Below, in pieces: positions 1-14,119 of a DNA stretch of 64,000 bases. Location of the stretch: the NCBI RefSeq assembly GCF_000143415.4, contig NW_003314262.1, positions 3,792,021 to 3,856,020 on the forward strand, in the 5' to 3' direction. Origin of the DNA: Selaginella moellendorffii. Its lineage: Eukaryota; Plantae; Lycopodiophyta. A model generated the notes under the pieces. The model did not search any database. It saw nothing but the letters and a program-made list of their open reading frames with translations, and had not been told where the DNA came from. Both the position numbers and the translations under genes were made by a program. The stretch's first letter is position 1; every line of letters starts with the position of its first letter.

Positions 1-3000
1 TTGTTGGCATTCATGTATTTGCTAGTTAGTAACTGTGTTGACGTTCAAATGAACTAAGTGGCAAGTTGAGTTAGTTGTGTTCTAGACAAGATTGCTTAGT
101 TGAGGTTGATCTTTAGCTTTTCCTTGAAAAGTGATTTAGTCATGGACTATGCTAACTCTATAAGTGGAAGAGTTAGTGATCGATGTTCAAATGGTTGAAT
201 CTTTACTGGATTTGAATTGGAATATATTGATCATTGATGATTCTTCTTGTGCTTGTTATGAAGTGACTTACATCTTGCTATAGATGGATTCATGGAGGAT
301 CGTTTGGTGATCATTTGTTGAGCATAGCTTTGCTATGTTTAGCTTTTGGATTGATGCAGAAATGCTCTTCATTAGCTTTGCATTATAAAGTTTGGTTTAT
401 GGATATGTTGAGGAGGATATTGTGGGTTGCACCATGATTTTTTCTTTAGCATTGAAGTTGGTTCATGCAAGACTTGTGATCATTGTTAAACAAGATATAG
501 CTATAAGCTTCTTCGAGCTTTTGGTTCTTTGAGTTTTATGCTCGTTGTTCCATTTGTTAAAAGTTGTTGGGGAAGGCATTGTTGGCTTCTTAGCTTCGAT
601 ATTGAAATTGGCTTTTGCATCTAGCAATCATTGATGATGATTGACTATCCTCTAGGATAATTAATTATCCTTGTCAGAGGTTTTGCTTGATTATCATTGA
701 TATAAAATGATTTGCCATTCTTCAGAATGGTGAATTTCTTCTTTCATGATGATTCTGCATCTCTCTATTGACGGGATGATTGATGATATTTCATGATGGT
801 TAGTTATTCTCTTTGATGGCTTTTGGCTTCTCGCATTATCACATATTCTTTGTGGTTTGCTTTGGTTTGGTCTTTTGGGTTTGAGACATCAGTAGGATGT
901 TGCTGACATTTGCTTTAAACAACTCTAGTTCCTTGGTATTGTTGACCGGGATCTATTCAGATTGGCTAGTGCAATGGTTGATATGAACAAGTGTTTATTG
1001 GTCTTGCAACATTCATTCTGTTCTGTTGATCATTGCTTGAGTTAGTTCTGATAGATTGGGATGTTATTTCTTTTGGGTGATACATTCGCGAGCATTTTGT
1101 TTGCCAGTTAATGATACTTTGTGTTCTTTGAGTTATCTTTAGTAAATTGTTTGGCTTACTGTCTGCCATCTTTGGCAGTTAAGTTTCATCATTGAGTTTC
1201 CTTGATGATATACTTGCTATTGAATTTTGTTGGATGGTGCATTCTATGTTTTCCAATGATAGTGATCTTGGTGGTTCCTATTCTATAATACTAGTTTATC
1301 GGATGATAACTTACTTGGAATACTTTTGTATTCTAATCTAAGATATATTCACTGATAAATAAGTCTTTAAGATATCATTGTCTATGACTTGATATTGTCC
1401 ATTTATGGATTTTTGAGTTTGGGCCAGTATAGGTAGACTAGCTTCGGCACTTCGTGTGCATGTTGAAATCTTTAGTCATGGGGTAGCTACTGTCGACTGG
1501 CCACATCACCCGCCTCTCTGTCGATGTTCCTTATTCTGTTGAAAGGGCGTGACCGTATAAACAACTCTAACTGCCTATTTATATTAGTCTATCTAAACCT
1601 TACTGACGGGTTTGGTTTATTTGCTCAGGAGGGTTGGGGCCTCTGGCTTCTCTCTCTATGTTCCTGCAGGCAGGGGCATATCACACTTTTGTAAGCTGGG
1701 TGACTCCTAGAGCAGCAAGGGTGGCTGACTCCGTTGGTCATTTCCTTGTTGGCGACGGCCGGAAGGTGTCTGAGTGGGTAGCACATCCGCATTAGACATA
1801 GAGGTTGCTTCATAACTCATTTAAGTTGGTGCATTTCTCACATAGTGTGAGTACCGTGAACTTTTTCTGGAGTTGTTTCCTTGGCGGTATTCTAGACTCG
1901 AGTATGCATCGACAAGGACGTCGATCTTCCTAAGGGGGGGAGAGTGTCGCGAATGTGACTTCGGGTATCGAAAGTTACTTGTCGACTAGTCCTTTTGGAT
2001 ATTCTTTCCTTACTGCCACGATGGCAGGAGGTTGGTACTACTGGACCCATTATCAGTTTCCCACTTGAGCTAGTTGAGAAACTGGTTAATGACCATGTAC
2101 TTAGATCAGATAAACATAAGGTAGGAACCCTATGTGTTTCTTGCTGAGCATACTCGGCCTGGTTTGAGAAACTTTTGTCATTGGCTTGCACTTGCTAGTA
2201 TTAAAAACCCTCATGATATTGAGCTTGGTCCCTCAATATTGTTAGGTGATAGCTTACCGTGTCTGCCAAACACCCTCGCTATCATGCCCTTTGTGTTAGT
2301 CTCATTCCGGTCCTAAATACTAATTATGGAAAGTGTCTAGATTTGCTCATTTGGCATATCTACGGAATGTAGATATTGATCTGAACACAATGGTGTTCAT
2401 CCCATGTCCAAATTCGCATTCTAGCGCCATTCCATATTTAGTAAATTTCGAGCTTGTCCCAGAGACTAACTCCTGATACTAAGGGAGGCTTGGGGTGAAA
2501 GCCCAAAGCGTGTGTTCCTCAAGGGGGGGGGGGGGGCTGTGGGGGGTTCCAAATGTATAGTAGGGATAGTGGGTAGGTCAGGCATGGCTGACCAACCTGA
2601 GGCATAGTTTAGCTCCCGCTTGCGTGCATGTCCTTGTTCTGCATTTGGCTTGGGTCTAAGCCCAAACTCCACACCATGCTAGCTGGTGGAGTAACCATAT
2701 CCTCGCGTTAGGCCATCAGTATGCTGAAATAGCCCTAGACTTCGTTTGACTCTGTTTTGTGTGCTGGTCCTGGCATTGGGATGCTGGTTGCTCTAGGACT
2801 GTTCCAAGTCGCTCCGCGCTCCTATCCCTTCACTCCTTGGGCTATATACTTGGGAGTTACTCCGTGGTTCGGTTCTATCACTCCCTGGCTCCATGCTTGG
2901 GGGTTTGGCACCGTTCCTTCGTTCAGTGGCCCAAGGCCCTGGAACTCGGGTTCCGCACCACGTTCCTTTGGACACGTGGCATGTGACACATGGCATTTGT

Positions 3001-3077
3001 CACGTGGCACAAAAAGGGTTTAGGGTGTTATCCTATGGTAAATCACCATAGGATAAAGGGTAAAAACCACGTGCGCT
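1..3077 (+). mobile_element. 3' part of degenerate Ty3/gypsy-like LTR retrotransposon (family 1, copy A): decayed internal region, PPT and 3' LTR (2538-3077)
   Basis: Near-identical to 9340-12416 (offset 9339). Polypurine run AAG(G)n at 2521-2536 precedes TG at 2538. 2538-3077 aligns with the LTR at 5824-6327 that is followed by a PBS. No intact ORF. Confidence 0.8.
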
Positions 3078-4778
3078 TCTCTTTTGGGGATCCCCTCTAG
3101 GCTTTCTCAGCACTCGATGCAAGCGGTCCTTCTGTGACTTTCGCTTCAATCTTGCTTTAACTAACTATGATCATTCTACAGATTTGGAGGAGTTTTCTGG
3201 AGTAATTTGCTTGGATCTCCCACCATCGTTGCAACAATGGTAGAGTCGGCCAAGTTCTTTCTCAGCTGCGCAGACTGTGGCCCCTCAGGTCTGTTTGCCC
3301 GATTGCTTGGGCCAGAAACTATAAACGAGGTCATCGGGAGTCAGCATGCGCTCTACTGGAGAATCTTTCTGGGGCTGATGGTTCCAGAGGCGCTCAAGTG
3401 CCACGTCCAAATGATTGATATCTTGGCTCAGGATACTCTCGAGTCATGGGGGTTGAAAAAGACGGTGTCGGTTATGGAAGAAACTCTCAAGGTTTTCATC
3501 ACATCTTTGTGTCGCTTGATCGTTTGATCTGGTTTTATACTTTTGCTAGTTCAGCTACTGCACGTTGATTGGATTAGTGTGCAAGAAACTCCTGCCCTCC
3601 ACTCCGGAGATGATTGATCTCATGAAAGACGCCCAAACGATAGAGAATGGGGTGCTCCAGTTTCCAATCGACTTACCCTTCTCACCTTATCGCAAAGCGT
3701 TACAGGTTTTTGCGTGGTTTTTTATTTTTCTAATTCTAGATCTATTGTTGTAATTGAGCAGGCCAGGGCAAGGCTCCATAGATTCTTGGATGGGCTCATC
3801 AACGAGAGAAGGGCCGAACTAGCTGCCAACGGTGAAAAGCGCAAAGATGCGCTAGACGAGTTTATTACGCACAAAGATGACAAGGTTGGATTCCTCTCGA
3901 ATCAACAAGTGGAAGACAATCTCGTGACACTGCTGTTCGGAGGCCACCACACCACAGCCCTTGCTCTCGTGTGGCTGATGAAACACTTGAATGGGAACCC
4001 ACAGGCTTTCAAGGAAGTGGAGGTTATTATTGTTATTATTATTATTGTGATTTTCTAAAATTCTATTTTGATTTCTAGGAGGAGCAAAGGAGAATCTTTC
4101 TTGGTAAAAGCTCCACCAATTACAACTTAACTTGGGAAGACACAAGCCAAATGCCAGCTACTCTAAGGGTTGTGGACTAAACTCCAATTTTATGTTAGAT
4201 TTAATTCGAGTGCTTTCGTAGGCTGTCAATGAAATTCTGAGGCTTTCTAATGTTGTGGGGGTGGTGACACGTAAACTCACTAAGGATATCAGCTACAAAG
4301 GTTTTATTACATATGATTGAAGCTAATTCCAATTATTTGTGTACTTTGTTGGTGTTAATAGGTTACACCTTGCCCAAAGATTGGATGGTTCATGTCTATA
4401 TGCCACCAATCCACTTAGATGACAGCATTTACCCTAATGCAGCAAAATTTAATCCATCCAGATTTGAAGTATGGTATTTTTCGTGTTTATACTAAACCAA
4501 ACCTTTTATTTTAGGTTCCAGCTAAAACTGGCACATTTATTCCATTTGGCTATGGAGATAGAATATGCCCAGGAAGTGCATTAAGTCTGTTAGAGCAAAT
4601 GATTTTCATACACAGGCTTATCACAAAATACAGGTAAATTCTTTTGCTCCTCTTTTCTTGTCAACAAATTGTAATATTTTATTGAAGATGGGAGCCTGTC
4701 AATCCAAACAGTAAAACAAGCTACTGGCCAATGCCATCCGTGAAAGATGAATACCTCGTACATGTTATGTCCATTTAG
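3078..4778 (+). pseudogene. Cytochrome P450, CYP85 clan (CYP716-like), copy A; 5'-truncated by LTR
   Basis: Spliced exons give I-helix LLFGGHHTT, K-helix NEILR, FNPSRF and heme motif FGYGDRICPG, with stop TAG at 4776-4778. The start codon, TM anchor and PG hinge seen in copy C are replaced by LTR. Confidence 0.85.
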
Positions 4779-4863
4779 TAAGAAATAATAAGAAAATAAA
4801 GTAAATTCTGCACAATTGAAAAGAGAATGTTAAGAGCGCTATTCTGATTAACTTTCTTGTCTC

Positions 4864-5823
4864 ACCTCTATTCAAATTCCAAAGCTGTGATCTTCATAGT
4901 AAACAGGCTTGTTGCTGATTATCATGCAGTCATGTTTCCAAATCGAAAACTGATGAGGGCCTTCATGGACATTGAGAGCGGCGCCAACTCAATGGCCAGT
5001 TCCTACATTTCCACTGCACAGCAAGAGAGTACTTAATTCACTGTAGGCAAGAAAACACTACCGTGACAATAGTTAAGTTCAATTCTCCACGAGGAGAACA
5101 AAGCCTGGAGTATTCTCTGGGAAAACTGCTTGATCAATCGATATGTGCCCCTAAAATACAAACAAGTCAGCTAAAAAGACAACAAATGATCCGGAGGGTG
5201 CCTTTAAAACTCGCGTATCTCCCATTACACGGACAAGCCCTGGCACGTTAAGGTTAGCAAAGAATACCAAGGCTTGTCTTTACCAGCAGGACATGCCTGA
5301 GGGATGCTATCGCGCGCTTGGAAAAGGTACTCCAAAATGAACAGTCCTAGTTATATCATTGTTCCATCTGTATATTGTGCGCCACTGTCGAGCAAAAGCA
5401 GATTTTCATCATCCACTAAGGCTCCGTTTGCACCAATCCTGTAAGGACTGGTAAGAGCCGACAATTTTGCAATGGTAGAAAATACAAGCCACAAATTGTA
5501 TCAAAGCTAGTTTCTAGAAATCCTTCCTTGTTGGAACGAGAGCAGAGAAGTTCATCACCAACTTCCACCTCCGTAAGTTTGGCTTTCTCAGTAACGCAAG
5601 GACATGGGTACTCCACCAGCTAGCATGGAATGGAAGCCCAAAACTCAACCAGCATCCCTGCTCGGAAAGACCCGGTTACAATTGCAAAGAAAACGACGGA
5701 ACTTTTACCTCAAGTGTTCTTGTTTCATCCCTGAGATCTCAGCAGCATTTTTTATGGCCTTCGGCACAGATAGCGGCAATGGTCTGTGTAATACAGCCTG
5801 TCCATCTGATGTTCCATTTTTCC
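4864..5823 (-). pseudogene. Xaa-Pro aminopeptidase P (M24B, APP2-like) 3' fragment, copy A
   Basis: Minus strand reads DSGAQYTDGT, GH*VGAALNVHEGP and YYEDHSFGI with stops and frameshifts. Cut at 5823 by LTR. Confidence 0.85.
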
Positions 5824-8800
5824 TGTCGAACTTGAGGCATAGTCTAGCTCCTGCTTGCATGCTTGTCCTTGTTCTGCGTCCGGCTTGAGTCTAAGCCCAA
5901 GCTCCACACCATGCTAGCTGGTGGAGTACCCATATCCTCGCGTTAGGCCACCAGTATGCTAAAATAGCACTAGACTTTGTTTGGCTCCGTTTTGCGTATT
6001 GGTCCTGGCATTGGGATGCTGGTTGCTCTAGGACTGTTCCAAGTCACTCCGGGCTCATGTCCCTTTGCTCCTTGGGTTATATGCTCGGGAGTTACTCCAT
6101 GGTTCGGTTCTGTCACTCCTTGGCTCCATGCTTGGGGGTTTGGCACCGTTCCTTTGTTCAGTGGCCCAAGGCCCTGGAACTCGGGTTCTGCACCACGTTC
6201 CTTTGGACACGTGGCATGTGACACATGGCATTTGTCACGTGGCACAAAGAGGGTTTAGGTTCCGCTTCGTGGTGTTATCTTATGGTAAATCACCATAGGA
6301 TAAAGGGTAAAAACCACGTGCGCTACATTTGGTATCAGAGGATGAGTCTCAGCAAGTAGTATTCAATGAGATTGGGCAACTAGTCTCGTTACATACGCAA
6401 AGATGAAAACGATGATTCGAGTGGGTACACGTTTGGGTGCAATGACTTCGCAATCGTTCCTTGGGTATGGTTTTGGTTACCGTTTTGTACCGTATTATAT
6501 GAGCTTGCTCTTGGGCTCATAGGAAGGATTGAGTTGTTCCAGTAGCACGAGTTTGCGCTTGGGCTCGTGAGTGAGGCACATTAGCAACTCAATGTTACAC
6601 TTTGAGTTGGTAGGATTAATGTTAGCCTATCGGTGGTTCTATGAGTTGTTCCTTGTACCATGGGTGAAAGCAAACTCCTTGGGTTTGCTATGAGTGGCAA
6701 ATAGGCTGGTCCATAGCTATTTAGCACGGCACTAGTGGATCCTTCCTAGGCATGATTACAAGTGGATCAATCAAGACTGTAGGGATAAGTCTGTTGGTTC
6801 AAGTAGTCATTGCCATGCTCTCTTATAAACTTTTCTTGGATTAAACTGAAGGCAGTGTGAAAGCAAGCTTAAAGTTTAGTCAAAGATGAGACCGAAAAGA
6901 GAGTCGTCAAGGATGAAGGATCAAACACGTAAATCATTTTCTCTTCTTGAAGAAATGATTTGCAATGAGGTGTTAACTCATTGCTTATATTCACATTATG
7001 CAATCAAGAGTCCCTATCTTGATGTGTGTTGGAAATGATAATCTTACAAATAGTGAGTTGTGGGATGGATAGCGGTGAAGCACTAAACCATTTTGTCTAG
7101 GCTTGCTATTGGAAGACTTGGGTTGCAATGCTCAATTTTTTTTCGGGGAACCTTGTTATTGCTCCTTGAGTAACTTGGTGTTGGATTAGTGTTAAATTTG
7201 GTCAGAAAGAGAGTGGCATGAGCTTGTCCGTATTGTGAACAAAAGTTAGTGGTGTTAGGTGTTGTAAATCTCTATTGATGGGGTGTGGCATTTATGTTGC
7301 ATTTTGTCGAATCGAGTTGGCACTTGATATTCACATAAACCTTTGCAGTAGTAACATGGGCATTGCTTATAGTGTTGCTTGATTGATGATCAAGTCATTG
7401 TGATTTATATCATATCCATGTGATAATGAGCAATGTGTTTACGAAGTTGCTTGGGTAAATGATGATCAACCCCAAAGTGGTTGATAGAGAAGTTAGTCTA
7501 TTTGTACGAAGTAGCATTGTAGTAGCTTTGACTGGATTCTCAATGGTGGTCCATTATGCTAAGCTTAAGTTGGTACCTTGTTTCCTTGAGTTTGCCCATT
7601 AGGTGTTGGAAAAGGGTTATAGCATTCATTTGCTATGGCTTGTTGATTGATCCGTTAGCACTTGGAGTAGATTGTTGGATGGAAAAGATGTGTAGTTGGG
7701 GCATTGACATCACTAACACTTGTGTTAGTGGAAGTGGCATTGTTATTTCGAGTGATGAGGAATTTTCCTTGGACCTTGATTTTCTATATCATTTTTCTTA
7801 GTATTTTGGCTTCACATTGGATCTTGAAGGTGATTGAAGAAGAATGTTAGTGCAATGTGGATATCTGAAGATGTGGTCTTTGTGATCAAGCCTTGGGTGT
7901 TCACTTTGCACTTTGCGGGTGTCGGTGTTGGATGTCGATTATATAGGCAAAGATCGATGCTTAAACATATTGTTGGATCATGAGAATTTGTGTTGAGGTG
8001 AACCTATGTGAAGTTGTTTGTAGAAGGAAGTTGGTTGAGTCTTGAAAGTTTGCAATCCTGGACTGAGAGTCATTCTTTCTTTAGAAATTTTCTACAAATT
8101 TTTTTAGACTTCTCCAATGGCTGATCTGTTGATCACTTTGCCGAAAACCATTCCGTTTTCGTAAGCCAGTACAAACTAATGAAGGGGTTGGAGTTGACTT
8201 CGGTTGGCTTAGACTTTGGTAGGTAGTTTGTATGATGCGACCCGAAAGGGATGCTGACTTCTGGGGCTAAGGCAATTGAGTTGAATAGAGTCTGGAGTTG
8301 GTATAAAAAAGTGGCCGTTGCACTTATCTAAAAAAGGTGACCCTTGTGCCTTTCTTTTGTAGAGTTGTGCTTGGTGGCAAGTTGCATCTTACATTTTGCT
8401 TAGACTCTATGAGAGTAGTGAGCTCTCACTGATCTTGACTTGGTCTTGGTGGCCTTGCGCCTTGGCTGAGGATGGTGATGTCTAATTTAGTTGTTTGAGG
8501 TTGAGATGTTAGTACCCGTACTATAGCTTTGTCTATAAGGAGGTTGTGTACCGATATGAGTCCATTTTATAGTCTTCACTTTAGTTTCGATTGAGTGTTG
8601 ATCGTATAACTAGCCTCTTCAAGGCATGCTCAGAGCTAGTGGCTAAATGTTTTAGTGAGCTTATTGTGGTTGAGTTGGATTCGAGTGGTCATTTAGTTTG
8701 TGCTTGTCTATGAACTTTTATCTTGTAGCTGGGATATCACATTCATGTTGGACAAGTATATAACTTGATGACAAGAGTTGGTGTTTGGGTCTTGTGAAGG

Positions 8801-11800
8801 CAAGTTGAGGAGTGATTGTTAGTTGCTTTGCGACTAATGATTACTTGTAGACTTCATCAAGGACCATTGACACTTGCTTTGCTAGATGATGATTTAGCAA
8901 TGATGGGCTTACTTTACCGAATGGTGTTGCGGAGGATTGTGTCATTAGGCTGGCATGGTTTTTCTATGTTGGCATGTCAATTCCTTTGTCGATATCATTT
9001 GGTTACGTTTAGTTTGTAGTGTTGGATCTCATTGAGTTTTGGATGTGGTGATTCACTCCTTGATGATGTGTTATCTGTAACTGAGTTTTGCTGAAAGATT
9101 GGTCTTGGATACTAAGTATCTTCGACTTTAGTTAGCTTGGTTGCTAAGAAGTTTTGGGTGGTGATTCACTCTTGCTTTCTTCTTGTTTTGTTATGGTGTT
9201 AATTGCATTGAAGTGATGTCTTGTCGTTGACATTGTTGATATTGAGATTCGAGTGAAATGAGATATCCTTCCAAAGATTGATATTAAATTTCATTAGTCT
9301 TGATGAAAATAGTGTTGATGATTTGGTTTTAGCTTTGTGTTGTTGGCATTCATGTATTTGCTAGTTAGTAACTGTGTTGACGTTCAAATGAACTAAGTGG
9401 CAAGTTGAGTTAGTTGTGTTCTAGACAAGATTGCTTAGTTGAGGTTGATCTTTAGCTTTTCCTTGAAAAGTGATTTAGTCATGGACTATGCTAACTCTAT
9501 AAGTGGAAGAGTTAGTGATCGATGTTCAAATGGTTGAATCTTTACTGGATTTGAATTGGAATATATTGATCATTGATGATTCTTCTTGTGCTTGTTATGA
9601 AGTGACTTACATCTTGCTATAGATGGATTCATGGAGGATCGTTTGGTGATCATTTGTTGAGCATAGCTTTGCTATGTTTAGCTTTTGGATTGATGCAGAA
9701 ATGCTCTTCATTAGCTTTGCATTATAAAGTTTGGTTTATGGATATGTTGAGGAGGATATTGTGGGTTGCACCATGATTTTTTCTTTAGCATTGAAGTTGG
9801 TTCATGCAAGACTTGTGATCATTGTTAAACAAGATATAGCTATAAGCTTCTTCGAGCTTTTGGTTCTTTGAGTTTTATGCTCGTTGTTCCATTTGTTAAA
9901 AGTTGTTGGGGAAGGCATTGTTGGCTTCTTAGCTTCGATATTGAAATTGGCTTTTGCATCTAGCAATCATTGATGATGATTGACTATCCTCTAGGATAAT
10001 TAATTATCCTTGTCAGAGGTTTTGCTTGATTATCATTGATATAAAATGATTTGCCATTCTTCAGAATGGTGAATTTCTTCTTTCATGATGATTCTGCATC
10101 TCTCTATTGACGGGATGATTGATGATATTTCATGATGGTTAGTTATTCTCTTTGATGGCTTTTGGCTTCTCGCATTATCACATATTCTTTGTGGTTTGCT
10201 TTGGTTTGGTCTTTTGGGTTTGAGACATCAGTAGGATGTTGCTGACATTTGCTTTAAACAACTCTAGTTCCTTGGTATTGTTGACCGGGATCTATTCAGA
10301 TTGGCTAGTGCAATGGTTGATATGAACAAGTGTTTATTGGTCTTGCAACATTCATTCTGTTCTGTTGATCATTGCTTGAGTTAGTTCTGATAGATTGGGA
10401 TGTTATTTCTTTTGGGTGATACATTCGCGAGCATTTTGTTTGCCAGTTAATGATACTTTGTGTTCTTTGAGTTATCTTTAGTAAATTGTTTGGCTTACTG
10501 TCTGCCATCTTTGGCAGTTAAGTTTCATCATTGAGTTTCCTTGATGATATACTTGCTATTGAATTTTGTTGGATGGTGCATTCTATGTTTTCCAATGATA
10601 GTGATCTTGGTGGTTCCTATTCTATAATACTAGTTTATCGGATGATAACTTACTTGGAATACTTTTGTATTCTAATCTAAGATATATTCACTGATAAATA
10701 AGTCTTTAAGATATCATTGTCTATGACTTGATATTGTCCATTTATGGATTTTTGAGTTTGGGCCAGTATAGGTAGACTAGCTTCGGCACTTCGTGTGCAT
10801 GTTGAAATCTTTAGTCATGGGGTAGCTACTGTCGACTGGCCACATCACCCGCCTCTCTGTCGATGTTCCTTATTCTGTTGAAAGGGCGTGACCGTATAAA
10901 CAACTCTAACTGCCTATTTATATTAGTCTATCTAAACCTTACTGACGGGTTTGGTTTATTTGCTCAGGAGGGTTGGGGCTTCTGGCTTCTCTCTCTATGT
11001 TCCTGCAGGCAGGGGCATATCACACTTTTGTAAGCTGGGTGACTCCTAGAGCAGCAAGGGTGGCTGACTCCGTTGGTCATTTCCTTGTTGGCGACGGCCG
11101 GAAGGTGTCTGAGTGGGTAGCACATCCGCATTAGACATAGAGGTTGCTTCATAACTCATTTAAGTTGGTGCATTTCTCACATAGTGTGAGTACCGTGAAC
11201 TTTTTCTGGAGTTGTTTCCTTGGCGGTATTCTAGACTCGAGTATGCATCGACAAGGACGTCGATCTTCCTAAGGGGGGGAGAGTGTCGCGAATGTGACTT
11301 CGGGTATCGAAAGTTACTTGTCGACTAGTCCTTTTGGATATTCTTTCCTTACTGCCACGATGGCAGGAGGTTGGTACTACTGGACCCATTATCAGTTTCC
11401 CACTTGAGCTAGTTGAGAAACTGGTTAATGACCATGTACTTAGATCAGATAAACATAAGGTAGGAACCCTATGTGTTTCTTGCTGAGCATACTCGGCCTG
11501 GTTTGAGAAACTTTTGTCATTGGCTTGCACTTGCTAGTATTAAAAACCCTCGTGATATTGAGCTTGGTCCCTCAATATTGTTAGGTGATAGCTTACCGTG
11601 TCTGCCAAACACCCTCGCTATCATGCCCTTTGTGTTAGTCTCATTCCGGTCCTAAATACTATTTATGGAAAGTGTCTAGATTTGCTCATTTGGTATATCT
11701 ACGGAATGTAGATATTGATCTGAACACAATGGTGTTCATCCCATGTCCAAATTCGCATTCTAGCGCCATTCCATATTTAGTAAATTTCGAGCTTGTCCCA

Positions 11801-12416
11801 GAGACTAACTCCTGATACTAAGGGAGGCTTGGGGTGAAAGCCCAAAGCGTGTGTTCCTCAAGGGGGGGGGGGGGGCTGTGGGGGGTTTCAAATGTATAGT
11901 AGGGATAGTGGGTAGGTCGGGCATGGCTGACCAACCTAAGGCATAGTTTAGCTCCCGCTTGCGTGCCTGTCCTTGTTCTGCTTTTGGCTTGGGTCTAAGC
12001 CCAAACTCCACACCATGCTAGCTGGTGGAGTAACCATATCCTCGCGTTAGGCCATCAGTATGCTGAAATAGCCCTAAACTTCGTTTGACTCTGTTTTGCG
12101 TGCTGGTCCTGGCATTGGGATGCTGGTTGCTCTAGGACTATTCCAAGTCGCTCCGCGCTCCTATCCCTTCACTCCTTAGGCTATATACTCGGGAGTTACT
12201 TCGTGGTTCGGTTCCATCACTCCCTGGCTCCATGCTTGGGGGTTTGGCACCGTTCCTTCGTTCAGTGGCCCAAGGCCATGGAACTCGGGTTCCACACCAC
12301 GTTCCTTTGGACACGTGGCATGTGACACATGGCATTTGTCACGTGGCACAAAAAGGGTTTAGGGTGTTATCCTATGGTAAATCACCATAGGATAAAGGGT
12401 AAAAACCACGTGCGCT
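5824..12416 (+). mobile_element. Degenerate LTR retrotransposon family 1 (5' LTR 5824-6327, PBS 6330-6340, PPT ~11860-11875, 3' LTR 11877-12416)
   Basis: 5' LTR ends ...GCGCTACA followed by TGGTATCAGAG (tRNA-iMet PBS). PPT precedes the 3' LTR. LTRs are roughly 90% identical. Internal region is riddled with stops. No TSD. Confidence 0.85.
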
Positions 12417-14119
12417 TCTCTTTTGGGGATCCCCTCTAGGCTTTCTCAGCACTCGATGCAAGCGGTCCTTCTGTGACTTTCGCTTCAATCTTGCTTTACT
12501 AACTGTGATCATTCTACAGATTTGGAGGAGTTTTCTGGAGTAATTTGCTTGGATCTCCCACCATCGTTGCAACAACGGTAGAGTCGGCCAAGTTCTTTCT
12601 CAGCTGCACAGACTGTGGCCCCTCGGGTCTGTTTGCCCGATTGCTTGGGCCAGAAACTATAAACGAGGTCATCGGGAGTCAGCATGCACTCTACCGGAGA
12701 ATCTTTCTGGGGCTGATGGTTCCAGAGGTGCTCAAGTGCCACGTCCAAATGATTGATATCTTGGCTCAGGATACTCTCGAGTCATGGGGGTTGAAAAAGA
12801 CGGTGTCGGTTATGGAAGAAACTCTCAAGGTTTTCATCACATCTTTGTGTCGCTTGATCGTTTGATCTGGTTTTATACTTTTGCCAGTTCAGCTACTGCA
12901 CGTTGATTGGATTAGTGTGCAAGAAACTCCTGCCCTCCACTCCGGAGATGATTGATCTCATGAAAGACGCCCAAACGATAGAGAATGGGGTGCTCCAGTT
13001 TCCAATCGACTTACCCTTCTCACCTTATCGCAAAGCGTTACAGGTTTTTGCGTGGTTTTTTATTTTTCTAATTCTAGATCTATTGTTGTAATTGAGCAGG
13101 CCAGGGCAAGGCTCCATAGATTCTTGGATGGGCTCATCAACGAGAGAAGGGCCGAACTAGCTGCCAACGGTGAAAAGCGCAAAGATGCGCTAGACGAGTT
13201 TATTACGCACAAAGATGACAAGGTTGGATTCCTCTCGAATCAACAAGTGGAAGACAATCTCGTGACACTGCTGTTCGGAGGCCACCACACCACAGCCCTT
13301 GCTCTCGTGTGGCTGATGAAACACTTGAATGGGAACCCACAGGCTTTCAAGGAAGTGGAGGTTATTATTATTGTTATTATTATTATTGTGATTTTCTAAA
13401 ATTCTGTTTTGATTTCTAGGAGGAGCAAAGGAGAATCTTTCTTGGTAAAAGCTCCACCAATTACAACTTAACTTGGGAAGACACAAGCCAGATGCCAACT
13501 ACTCTAAGGGTTGTGGACTAAACTCCAATTTTATGTTAGATTTAATTCGAGTGCTTTTGTAGGCTGTCAATGAAAGTCTGAGGCTTTCTAATGTTGTGGG
13601 GGTGGTGACACGTAAACTCACTAAGGATATCAACTACAAAGGTTTTATTACATATGATTGAAGCTAATTCCAATTATTTGTGTACTTTGTTGGTGTTAAT
13701 AGGTTACACCTTGCCCAAAGATTGGATGGTTCATGTCTATATGCCACCAATCCACTTAGATGACAGCATTTACCCTAATGCAGCAAAATTTAATCCATCC
13801 AGATTTGAAGTATGGTATTTTTCGTGTTTATACTAAACCAAACCTTTTATTTTAGGTTCCAGCTAAAACTGGCACATTTATTCCATTTGGCTATGGAGAT
13901 AGAATATGCCCAGGAAGTGCATTAAGTCTGTTAGAGCAAATGATTTTCATACACAGGCTTATCACAAAATACAGGTAAATTCTTTTGCTCCTCTTTTCTT
14001 GTCAACAAATTGTAATCTTTTATTGAAGATGGGAGCCTGTCAATCCAAACAGTAAAACAAGCTACTGGCCAATGCCATCTGTGAAAGATGGATACCTCGT
14101 ACATGTTATGTCCATTTAG
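12417..14119 (+). pseudogene. Cytochrome P450, CYP85 clan (CYP716-like), copy B; 5'-truncated by LTR
   Basis: Same exons as copy A (GGHHTT, NESLR, FGYGDRICPG), stop at 14117-14119, same LTR junction. Confidence 0.85.

Noticed and set aside
2757-3023. Hydrophobic LTR ORF as a replacement membrane anchor for the P450
   Set aside because: It stops before the junction and is interrupted by a stop in copy B.
3714-4058. VIIVIIIIVIF tail as a transmembrane segment
   Set aside because: Read-through into an intronic (ATT)n microsatellite.
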